Below, piece by piece: positions 30,921 through 41,027 of a stretch of 42,656 bases of DNA. This stretch comes from Craspedostauros australis. Its lineage: Eukaryota. The stretch lies in contig JALAGF010003861.1 in assembly GCA_030167865.1 (NCBI GenBank), positions 1 to 42,656 of the forward strand. Direction: 5' to 3'. The notes under the pieces are model-generated. The model saw only the letters and a program-made list of their open reading frames with translations, made no database searches and was not told where the DNA came from. Position 1 is the first letter of the stretch; every line of letters begins with the position of its first letter. A program made the position numbers and the translations under genes.

Positions 30921-32537
30921 ATGGCCGACCGTCTTGCCCCCTACGTCGCTCGGTTGGTGCTCCTCAGCCATCGGATCAGGGATGCGACGGATGCCATGCA
31001 GCAGTGCGACTTTCGGCACGCCAACCAATCCTTGATCCTCAGCTTGCGGATCGCGCAGGCGGCCCTGTCGGAGCTGCAGGAGTTATGGAGGCGTGCATCG
31101 CAACCACCAGCAGTCGATCATCATCGCGGAGGCGATTCGAAAGATGGAACGGCCACCGCTGAACGCAGGGACGATGGTGACGAGTTCCAGCGCAGAGCGC
31201 ACATCCCCAGCAACATCCTGCTGGAACGTTGTCCGTTGGGCCTCACCACTTCGATATCCTCCGTCTGGTTTGTCTACAAGGACGCGAGGAGGATACGCTC
31301 CATCCCGCAACAGATCATCGCCAACCCCACCATCGAATCGCTGCAGTCCTGCTATCACGTCATCACGGGCGTTCTGACGTACAACATCGCGACGGTGTAC
31401 CACATCAAGGCGTTCGACACGCCCGCAGCTCAGCAACGGCGAGAGCACGAGCGACAGAACCTGTCGCAGATGGACGTGAGAAGGTACAACATGGAACGAG
31501 CCCACGTCCTCTACTCCAAGGCCATCGAGCTGTACCAGACATGCCCCATACGAGATCGGGTGGCCGATCTGCCGAGGCTGCTGGGGATATGGAACAACCT
31601 CGCGCACATCAATCAGTACATGGAGAACACACAGAGGGTGCACAGCTGCTGTCACAAGATGCTCGGCGTACTGTCCACGTCGGTCACCTCGTGGATGGCA
31701 CAAGATGAAAGCATGAGGAATGCGTTGAATGGTGTTGGCGTTCATGTCAATATCCCGCGCGTCCCTGCTCCTGCCAATGCGACAACCACTGAAAACACTG
31801 CGGATGGTAACCAACCCAATGCAAGCGCTTCAAATGGCGACGACAGTGATGGCAGCGGCACAAGCACCAGCACAAGACAAGGTTTACCATCGGCAGCGCC
31901 CTTACAGGTGCAGATGCAAGCAGTGGCGGATTCGGAGACCACGGATGCGACGGATGAAAGGAGCGCTGAGGATGTGGTATCCTCGCGTTTGGACGCTGCT
32001 CATATCACACCCAACAGACAGGGTGAAAGCAGCGAAGATACTTCGCAGAGTACTGATCCACACCGGGATATGATCACTGATGCCAGCGATAGTGATGGCA
32101 CCGATACCAACAGCGGCAATGCAAACATGCAACCGCAGCAGCAACAGCAGCAGTCCATGGGGGTCAATGTCGCTTCCGCAACTGGCGATGGAAGCGGTGA
32201 TCTTCGAACCTGGGGAAGCGACCAACAACGCGATGCAAACAGAGACAGTCACAGTCACACAGACAATACCACGAGAAGAGGCAACGGCAACGGCAACGAC
32301 AACGGCAACGACAACGGCAACGACAACGATGACGGTGCTGATGCTGGTGCTCATGCTGATGCTGATGCTCGTGGCAACAGAGATGGCCCTCCGAACCCAC
32401 TCGATCCTGACGCTCGCGACACGAACAATCCGAGGTCGGTCCGTGACATCTTGTCGAATCAAGATTGGCAACTGTTTTCAGACCACATCTCGTTCCTGCT
32501 GGGCATGGATTGCGGAAAGATTGCGGCTGCGGCATGA
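30921..32537 (+). CDS. Hypothetical protein with TPR-like helices and a low-complexity insert
   Basis: ATG at 30921 in a CACC-ATG-G context. VLTYNIATVYH...AHVLYSKAIELY...IWNNLAHINQYM is TPR-like. A D/N/G/S-rich insert follows and the protein ends ...KIAAAA. Confidence 0.75.
   Translation: MADRLAPYVARLVLLSHRIRDATDAMQQCDFRHANQSLILSLRIAQAALSELQELWRRASQPPAVDHHRGGDSKDGTATAERRDDGDEFQRRAHIPSNILLERCPLGLTTSISSVWFVYKDARRIRSIPQQIIANPTIESLQSCYHVITGVLTYNIATVYHIKAFDTPAAQQRREHERQNLSQMDVRRYNMERAHVLYSKAIELYQTCPIRDRVADLPRLLGIWNNLAHINQYMENTQRVHSCCHKMLGVLSTSVTSWMAQDESMRNALNGVGVHVNIPRVPAPANATTTENTADGNQPNASASNGDDSDGSGTSTSTRQGLPSAAPLQVQMQAVADSETTDATDERSAEDVVSSRLDAAHITPNRQGESSEDTSQSTDPHRDMITDASDSDGTDTNSGNANMQPQQQQQQSMGVNVASATGDGSGDLRTWGSDQQRDANRDSHSHTDNTTRRGNGNGNDNGNDNGNDNDDGADAGAHADADARGNRDGPPNPLDPDARDTNNPRSVRDILSNQDWQLFSDHISFLLGMDCGKIAAAA
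32280..32328 (+). repeat. Coding G(G/A)CAAC hexamer repeat (GNGNGNDNGNDNGNDN)
   Basis: ggcaacggcaacggcaacgacaacggcaacgacaacggcaacgacaac. Confidence 0.85.
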
Positions 32538-35500
32538 GCTACAGAGGACATGAACCAAGAATGCGAACGACTCAGGAGTTGCACTGGAGGGGTGGATGAG
32601 CGTCGTCGCACGACCGTGTTCATGCGACCTTCTACCTGGGGCGATTGTACGTACTCGCACGGGGTATAGAGTAGGGCAGAGTGCCCATGCTCAGGCATGG
32701 AGTGGCACGTCCGGGTGTGACACCAAGCGGCAACGTCAAAGCGACTTACTCTCTAGTCGCTGGTGCATCTACACGAATTGGTGCCACACACCCCAAAGGA
32801 TTCCCAACCACTGACTCGCATCGCAACCCAGAGAGGCACTGGCACTTGTACGTATGGCATCATATTAGTGCGATTGTGCATCGCAGACTATACTGCCCCA
32901 TTGCTACTGGGCTTCCAAACGTGAACTTCATGGTGCAGTATCTGCAGCATATATGTCGGTACGAGCTAGACTGGTATGTATAGTGCCGATAGAGAGCTAC
33001 TGCTGTGGCGGCATGTTGCTCCCGCGCAACACATCAAACATGCCGGCCATACTGCCATTCGCTCAAATGCGTCGTTGTCGAAGGCGAGCGGAACTGAGAC
33101 GACGATGTCCGTAGACTATGTATTGTCGTTGCATAGTATTATCCTATTCTATTAGTACTCGTTGGGTGGAGGACGTACGACTAACCCAGGAAAAAGGGTG
33201 AATTTGATGCAAACATACGGGTGCTCGTAGCACACACATGCCAACGCAAGAAGGTAGTCGCCCTCTGTGTCTCCTGCTGGTCTTGGAGCGTGATGTGCGC
33301 TCGTAGCTTGCATTACGTACATACGATTGTACGTACGTCGAAGGCAAGGCAACCTCGATACTTTGAGCGCTATGCTACGATGAGGCAGTGCTAACACCAT
33401 ACGAGCTGCTCATGCGATGGGCAGAGAAACGGTGGTATAGATGAGCAAAACACCATCCTCGCACCAGCGTCAATCTCGTCCACTGGGAACTCCATGAGAG
33501 ACGTGCACTCGTGTGTCCATGCCTGCCTGCGTGCGTGCGTGCATGTGCATGTTGGACAGGACAGCTTCCATCATGAGCCATCCCCGTGCATGGTTTCTTC
33601 CGCGGTGGTCTCCGCCTCGCCTGCAGCCTTTCTGCGCCATCTGTGGAACAAGAAGCTGATCTCGCCGACAGGACGACGGTGATCTCATGGATCCACCAGC
33701 AACACATTCTGACGAGTCTGTAGGATGGCCAAGCCCGCTCCAGTCCGTGCCCATTCATAGGCCGTACGCTTGCGCTTGCTTTGTGACACAAGTATTATAC
33801 AAGGGGAAATGCTCATAAGACCAGAGAATCTAGAGGTATTATACATGTTATCTGCGTGGAGTGCTTCAGCGGAGGAAGGTATTGTACTCCTGTGCGTTCC
33901 GATGGAGGAACTGGGAAGTGCGTAGCGTGTCGTCATCTAACCTCCGCATCTCTTGTGGTCTTGGTTGTCCTCTGTGCTGTTCTTCCCCATCATTCCATCG
34001 CAAAGCATGGCAGGCACGAACGGTGCTCAGTCCTCGATCGTGTGGAAATGTGATCACAGAGGCGGCGTTCCTCCCGATCAACGAACGCCAGGCAGATCGT
34101 CATTGTGAGGTTGCTGTGAATCTTTCATCGTGTTGGAGCAGTACGTGTATGGGCGTATTCGTGTTCCTCCCGTTCACATCAGCGTTCTGTGTCGTTGTTG
34201 CAGTTTGAGCGGTTCCACCGCGCCTCCCTCACACATTCCATCCAATTCTCCCCATTTTAACCCTTCGTCGCTTCTTTTCCCGCACAAAGACACCTGAACT
34301 GACAAAAAGTGTTGGGAAGCGAACTGTGTTCTTTCGATCACTCGTGAATCACTTCGCCTGTTGAATTTCTGCCGTGAACATATCCAAAAATCAATTTTTC
34401 AGAAGTGCTGACTACTTTGATCCAACGATCACGTTGTTTTCAGAGGGGACTCACAAACTCAAGCATGAGCGCTTGGTTCGATCGACTTGGTCGATACGCG
34501 AATAACTTGTGCTCGTGCTGGGCCTATTGACATACTTGAGTCGCTTATGATGATGGACTCAAAATACGGAGAATCACCACGTAGTCCGATGGTGTTAAAT
34601 GTGGTCGAGCTTGCACGCTGTTCTGTCTTCCAGGTCCATAAACTGCCTGCCGGAGAAGGTAGATGTTTGAGTCCCCGATGGGATACGACAGCAGCTGGCA
34701 CAATGTGAGACATTGTCCGTGGCACAGTTCGTTATCGCTTACAATTGGCGCTCAGCGATGTCGCTTTCTTCCCCAGGACTTCGCAACTCGACAGCGGCAA
34801 ATGGCAAATGTCTCCTGCTGCCCCTTCTGCCCGCGTCTTTTTTGTCTGTGGAGTCAACCTCGTTGTGTCAGATCATTGTGGGTGTGACGAAGTCGCTTCC
34901 AGCGCGAGAAACCGAACAGCCCAGCATAAGCGGACTTTGTACCTGTGCTTCGCGATCGGTGGCGCAGCCATAGCCTGTCTTGCCGCGGTGTTCGGCGCGA
35001 GTGCGACAGGCGCCTCCTCGCACAAGTTCCGGTCTTCCCACCGAAAAACTGTACCCCCACAGTCATGAATTGTCGCGAGCGGGAAAGAAGTGGGGCAAAC
35101 ATCCGTCGCGGCGTGGTATTGGACACATTCATGGATCACAAGCGATGCTGAGAACGTTGGCACGCCACGTGGCCGACAGCGCGTATTTTCGCCACAGCGA
35201 TCCTTGCGTGAGTGTTGGAGGCGACGACAAACAAAAGGAAACACTCATGGGCGATACTCGCGCAAAGTTGACAAAGACCAACAGAGGACAAAGCCGTTCA
35301 TTCATGCATCCATGTCCATGTGAACAACACATCGAGGACAGCACATGCAAGACAGCACAGCACAGCACGCATCGAGGCAGAGTACCACAGTTCGTATTCT
35401 ATAAAACAACACACCGAGGACGACGTATCCTTGATTGTGCTTGTTCTCGTGCAGATACTGCGATCTATTGCCGAGCACCCATTCCATCTATTCTGCCCAC

Positions 35501-35563
35501 TATCAACGCGGCCACAAGGGGAGTACTATATAGTATTGCTTTGAATTACGCAATACAATACGC

Positions 35564-35593
35564 TGCAATACATTGCAATACATTGCAATACAT
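35564..35593. repeat. (TGCAATACAT)x3 tandem repeat upstream of GPCR copy 1
   Basis: Three exact 10-bp copies with degenerate flanks. Confidence 0.9.
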
Positions 35594-35896
35594 CGCATCG
35601 CTCTCTGCAGAACAGCAACTGCCTCGGTCGACTTCATTCCAAGCACCAGCAGTGCTCCAGAACAGCAACAGAACACCATCAGGACGCCACCAAGACACCA
35701 CCAAGACACCACCATTGCCTGCAACTTGCCCCCACGCCAAGAGCACCGCCCACAACAACGAACGGACACCTTAAGACTAATCAGTGGCAACAGCCTCCCA
35801 TTGAAGAGCAACACTCATCAGGTTCCAGCAAAGCAGAGCAGAGCAGGTGCATTCGGTGCATTCCATCCAAGCAGAGCTCAGCAAGCCCAACGCGAA

Positions 35897-35954
35897 CCAT
35901 CCATCCATCCATCCATCCATCCATACTGGCGAGGGCACAGCACAGCACAGCACA
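35897..35954. repeat. (CCAT)7 and (GCACA)4 microsatellites in the probable 5' UTR of GPCR copy 1
   Basis: Read directly at 35897-35924 and 35935-35954. Confidence 0.9.
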
Positions 35955-35992
35955 CCAGAACGTATCAGGACAGGACAGAACCGAAGACGAAC

Positions 35993-38900
35993 ATGGTGGG
36001 ACCCATCCAGGCCTCGCTGGAGGCAGTTGCGGAAGCCCGCAAGTCGGCCTTGCTTGGAGAGCGGCTGCAGAGAAGGGGGAACCTGGACCTCCTCTCGGCA
36101 GAACAGTCTGGATCGCCCGAGATTGCCACATGCCACATAGCGACGCTGCTTCCGTTCACGAATTCGGCAAAGACAAAGTTCAACCTGCAGGGGACCTTCG
36201 AAGGTTCCGTAGCGATACTGCAGGCTATCCATGACCTCAACGAGGGGAATGGCGAGATCGTGCCAGAGCTTGAGGGTCTCAACGAACGATGTCCCATCCG
36301 GTTCACGGTGGAGTTGGAGGATTCGGAGCGCACGGAGAGCGTCGCCGTCAACCATGTCATCCGCATCACTGATCGGGATCCTGTTCCGTTAGTCACCGGA
36401 GACGATGCAGAATCGGTGCCGCCGCCATTGCCGTGCGCCTTTCTGGGAGCTGTCCGGTCCGCGGTCTCCATTCCAACCAGCATCATCACCGGGCTCCGTG
36501 GTTACCCGCAGGTGTCTAGTCTGTCCACATCTGCAGCATTGAACGACAAGTCGCAGTACCCCCTCTTCGCTCGCACCATTTCAGCTGACGATGACACGGC
36601 TGTTGCTGTCATCCTCTACTTCCGCGATGTTGTCAAGGTGAAACATATCGCCATTCCTTACATCGATGACTCCTATGGTAATGCGTATCTGCAAGGTTTG
36701 CAGGCAGCCGCGGAGGAGTATGCTCCGGACATGGAAATGATCTCGGTGGATCTCCCACGCGTTGTGTCGCCAGCATCCACGAAGCGCACCATCGAAAGGC
36801 TGAAAAGAACCGAGTTCACCTACTTCTTCGCCATCATAGGGGGACCGACCAACATGGATATCTACTTGCCAGAGGCCATCGAGCAAGGCATCGCTGGCAC
36901 AGGCAAGCACACGTGGTTGTTCGCTGATCAGGGCAGCAACACTTTCGATTCCCAACCGCTGCCCAAGGGCTCGTACCGTGACAGGATGGGACTGGGGACC
37001 GGCATCGTCGCATCATCCCCCGGCCTGCCCGAGTACAATCCAATCTTGGAGAAACTGGCAACATCCCTGCGGCGATGGAAGACATTGCATCCGAGCGACT
37101 TGGAATACCTCTCCACCTTCCTACCGCCGCATGACAACATCACAGATGGAGTCGGAGTCTTCGATGATTCCTTCTTGGACATCCTGTGGATATCCGTATT
37201 CTCCCTGTACGATGCTACGGTTGGTCTCGGACTGTCAGCCTGCGAGGTGTGGAGACAGAAGCAGGAAGAGTTGGCGGCCGGTACCATCGACGAGCCATCC
37301 GTTACACTGGAAGGCCGAAACCACTTCGATATGCTGGTGCGCACCGGCTTCAACGGAGCATCGGGAAGGTTTGACCTTTCCGAAACAACGGGGACGCGGA
37401 AGGTGACGAGCACATTCTTCGAACTCACGAATAACGTGGTGGATGAAACCTTCGACACGGCGGATGGCGAAGTGAAGTACAAGGGCGTCACATCATCTAT
37501 CTTCCTGGACGGAGAATGGACGGAGGTGACGAAGTACGTTTTCAACGACGGAACCACAACGCCTCCACTCGACTTGCCACCCCCGGTCATGGAGTCCAAC
37601 CACCTACCGATGGGACTGAGGATTTCCGGATTGATACTCTGCGCCATCCCAGTGTTCCTGGCGATCATCTGCGCGGGATGGACGTACAAGCATTCCGAAA
37701 CGCGTGTCGTCCGTGCCTCGCAGCCGATCTTCCTCTACATCGTGTGCCTGGGTGCGGCAGTCCTGGCGCTGGCCATCATACCCCTCAGCATCGACGAAGG
37801 CATCGCCAGCGATCATGACTGTGACCTGGCGTGTCGTGTCACGCCGTGGCTGCTGTCCATCGGCTTTTCAGTGGTCTTCTCCGCTCTCTTCACCAAGACC
37901 TACCGCATCAACCGCATCTTCCACAACCAGAGCTTCAGAAGGATCAAGGTGACGGCGATGGATGTCGCGCGGCCCATGATCATCATGCTCGGCGTCAACG
38001 TCACCATCCTGGCCTTGTGGACGGCGATATCACCCCTTGGATGGATCCGCTACGTCCAGTCACGAGATCAGTTCGGACGGGTCGTCGGACAGTACGGTCG
38101 CTGCAACGCGGACGTCTTGCTCCCATTCCTCATCCCGCTGGGTGTGTTGAACTTGGGTGTCCTCACGGTCGCATCAATACAGGCACATCTAGCACGCAAC
38201 ATCTCGCTAGAGTTCGCTGAGTCGGACTACATCTTCCGGTCTATGGTGAGCTTCCTGCTGGTCGCCTTCATCGGAGTGCCGGTGCTGGTGCTGGCGCAGG
38301 ACAGTCCCGATGCTTTCTTCTTTGTCTTCGTCGGAATCATCTCCGTGACGTCATGCTCCGTGCTGTTGTTCATCTTCTTCCCCAAGGTGTCATTCTTGAA
38401 GGAGGACCGACGAAAGCGGCGGCGCCGATGGCAAGGGCAGACATCGAACCTCGGAAGCGTCCGAATGTCCCAGGTTAGCATGCAAGGAGGCTCTGTCTTT
38501 GAAGATACCGCCACAGACGGACTGAAGATCCTGACCACGAAGTCGCCCGAGGAACTTCTCCGCGAGAACCAACGGCTGCAGACACAGCTGCAAGCGCTGT
38601 TATCAACCGGGACGCAGACCGGCAGCTCCCGCGAAGTTGGCATATGCGCCAGCAACGCGGATATAGCGGCCGTCGCCGAGCAGATGAACTCGCAATCCCT
38701 CAGACAACCGCTCAGTAGCGACAGCCTTCACCAGCTAAACACCCCGATTGCTGTCCCGGAATCGGTCGAAATGAACGATGCCACGGCGAACAAAGGACAA
38801 ACCACGTTGCCGCTGCCATCGAAGACTGTTGGAGGCAGCTCCACCGGAGGATCGGGCGAGGATCGAGAGGAGGTGGACCTGGAAGGTCAAACATCAACCG

Positions 38901-39151
38901 ACAACCTCCCGGTGGACAGGCAGCACTCGCAGCTACAGTCGCAACCGCGCTCGCAGTGCTCTGAAAATGAGCATTCCGCCTGCACCGAAGCACTCGTCTT
39001 GGGAGACAGTGCGGCAAGCGAAGCAGCGAACAGAGAGCAGATACCGAAACGCTCGACTTCTGACACGGACGACGCGGAGAGCGACGAAGACTTGCAACAG
39101 CTGCCAGGTTCATCTTCGGACGAATCCAGCGTATGGAGTCGGGAAGAGTGA
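35993..39151 (+). CDS. Class C (GABA-B-like) G-protein-coupled receptor, copy 1: Venus-flytrap (ANF receptor) domain, 7TM and C-terminal coiled coil
   Basis: VFT motifs: AFLGAVRSAVS, PQVSSLSTSAALNDKSQYPLFART, Y..DSYG, YDA, F.GASG. The 7TM region includes VVRASQPIFLYIVCLG, C...PWLLSIGFSVVFSALFTKTYRINRIF, FAESDYI and LLFIFFPK. There is no cysteine-rich linker. First ATG is at 35993; the 140 upstream in-frame codons are microsatellite-rich and lack ATG. Confidence 0.93.
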   Translation: MVGPIQASLEAVAEARKSALLGERLQRRGNLDLLSAEQSGSPEIATCHIATLLPFTNSAKTKFNLQGTFEGSVAILQAIHDLNEGNGEIVPELEGLNERCPIRFTVELEDSERTESVAVNHVIRITDRDPVPLVTGDDAESVPPPLPCAFLGAVRSAVSIPTSIITGLRGYPQVSSLSTSAALNDKSQYPLFARTISADDDTAVAVILYFRDVVKVKHIAIPYIDDSYGNAYLQGLQAAAEEYAPDMEMISVDLPRVVSPASTKRTIERLKRTEFTYFFAIIGGPTNMDIYLPEAIEQGIAGTGKHTWLFADQGSNTFDSQPLPKGSYRDRMGLGTGIVASSPGLPEYNPILEKLATSLRRWKTLHPSDLEYLSTFLPPHDNITDGVGVFDDSFLDILWISVFSLYDATVGLGLSACEVWRQKQEELAAGTIDEPSVTLEGRNHFDMLVRTGFNGASGRFDLSETTGTRKVTSTFFELTNNVVDETFDTADGEVKYKGVTSSIFLDGEWTEVTKYVFNDGTTTPPLDLPPPVMESNHLPMGLRISGLILCAIPVFLAIICAGWTYKHSETRVVRASQPIFLYIVCLGAAVLALAIIPLSIDEGIASDHDCDLACRVTPWLLSIGFSVVFSALFTKTYRINRIFHNQSFRRIKVTAMDVARPMIIMLGVNVTILALWTAISPLGWIRYVQSRDQFGRVVGQYGRCNADVLLPFLIPLGVLNLGVLTVASIQAHLARNISLEFAESDYIFRSMVSFLLVAFIGVPVLVLAQDSPDAFFFVFVGIISVTSCSVLLFIFFPKVSFLKEDRRKRRRRWQGQTSNLGSVRMSQVSMQGGSVFEDTATDGLKILTTKSPEELLRENQRLQTQLQALLSTGTQTGSSREVGICASNADIAAVAEQMNSQSLRQPLSSDSLHQLNTPIAVPESVEMNDATANKGQTTLPLPSKTVGGSSTGGSGEDREEVDLEGQTSTDNLPVDRQHSQLQSQPRSQCSENEHSACTEALVLGDSAASEAANREQIPKRSTSDTDDAESDEDLQQLPGSSSDESSVWSREE

Positions 39152-41027
39152 TCGTTGTCGTTCGTCCAAGCAGTTTCGTACTGTCGTGAGCGAACATAAG
39201 TGTGTAAAAGTAAAGAAGCGTATTGTGTATACTTTGTGCACGCGCAGGAGCAACGATTGTCGTGTATGCAACAGTAGATGTAGACGCGGATGTGGACATT
39301 GTTGCTTAGCTGTTGATGACGATGCTTTGGTCGATACAAAGCGGTACGATGCCTGTACCATACATATCGTATCAAGAAACGACACCACCATTTCCTGTTG
39401 CCTTGTCGTGACCAGGACACTCTTGAGAATGTCTAGAACAATCCTGTTGGTCTTGCTTTCGAACGACTCTTGTCATATCGGACACAAAACGAACTATATA
39501 AACGGACCGAATTAGTCCGTTAGAAAAAGACGGACGAACCAACAGAAAATGTGGCTGGAAACGCTGAATTCTGCACAACTGGCGAAACTGACCACTTCGA
39601 CCATGTCGACGGTTTTTTCGAGGTTGAGCGACAAGTTCGGTCGTTTCTGGGGGCATTTGCGAACACGCGACTAATATGAAACTGCGCTGGGCCGGATACT
39701 CGGTGGTGCGACACGAAAGTGGGCGCAAACAATAGACGAAGACCAGCGACGAAACGCTCATGTCGAAGGTCATGCAACGCAGTGGCGCATTGTACTGCTG
39801 CGTGCCCGCTTGATGATGCCACTTTTCGAGCGCAGCTGCCTGGATCGCTCTGGATTTAGCAAACTCTTGCAGACGTGACACACAGACAATTATCCAGAGA
39901 ACTCAAAGACACCATGCCAACACACCTTGCTCCAACCGAAGATAAAAGTGCATACAGTTTGTCGCTGGTGTGTCCATACGAATTCTGGTGAGCGTCGCCC
40001 CTCGAACGCGGTTGGCCTTCTTTGTCGCGACCAGAACCACAGAAACAACCAAAGATGTTGTGCGGCACAGTACCCCAAAACAAACACGACACGATGGTGC
40101 ATTGGTATTCGTGGATCGGACATACAAGCGTGCTGGTCAGTGCGTCGCTGCACAAGCCGAACGAAAACCATGTTTTGTGGGACGAACACGGCAAACAGAA
40201 ACCCACAAACACATCCGAACCGCGCCACAAGCGCTGTGGAGCCCACCCAGCAGAGAGGACATCACAGAAGGTCGCCGACTCCAAAAGACGGAACTCGAAT
40301 CATCCTCCACTCACCCACGAGCAATACTATTACATCCTCTCAACCATACGAAGACGTCGTCCACCTCATCCAAGCATCCTCCGAGTGTTGCCGACGACAC
40401 TCTCCAAGAGACACCCTATCGACCCCACGAGTATCACACAAGTAGCACCACATTGCCCAAGGACAGAAGCAGTCGCGCCCACATCCTGACCAACCGAAGT
40501 CCGTGGGTCGTAACCAATCAAAGTGAAGGAAACCAACGCAACACCAGCAAAGACAAAACAACACAAGTCTTACCCATCTTCGTGTCGCATCTTGCTGTGG
40601 AGCACTTCAATCGCGATACTCGTAACAGGGATTATATTATACATGTGTTCGAAGTAAGTGTTGGTGGCAACGAAGACGACGACAACGACGACAGTAGCAA
40701 ACGAACAACCAAACTAGAGCGTTGTGAAGGTCATTGCTCTCGCTGGAGTCCAACTGTGCGATTGATTGAAGCTGCTGGCCATCATCACCACCAAGCCTCA
40801 CTTCCCTCGCGTTCTTGTACGATTCTCTCTGGGCGATAGGTACTGCATCCCCCAGTGCAGGTCAACGCGAACCACACCAGAACACTCCATACTGGTGCAA
40901 ACGATCGAGTCCTCGCCACACCACAGTCGGGCTGCAACTCGACACAGCAGCTGAACAGCGCAACGAAGCAACAAGGTACGAGTATAACGTTCGTGTTGGA
41001 GATCACACACAAGCGAAGAGACAGACG

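Noticed and set aside
32600..35500. Long intergenic tracts (also 2750-4300, 12000-14800, 28600-30900, 39200-41000) inspected for tRNA, snRNA, snoRNA, TPP riboswitch and small ORFs
   Set aside because: I could not recognise a cloverleaf, snRNA signature, paired C/D boxes or coding-like ORF by eye. An Infernal/Rfam scan and RNA-seq would be needed to exclude them.
35573..35992. 140-codon N-terminal extension of GPCR copy 1 in the ORF track
   Set aside because: It starts at TTG, has no ATG, is built partly from microsatellites and is not conserved in copy 2. Non-ATG extensions of other ORFs (4332, 14849, 25121, 25850, 30741) were trimmed for the same reason.
39501..39521. Hairpin AACGGAC-N7-GTCCGTT as a Helitron end or terminator
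   Set aside because: The stem is only 7 bp, there is no properly spaced CTRR end, and no other element evidence.
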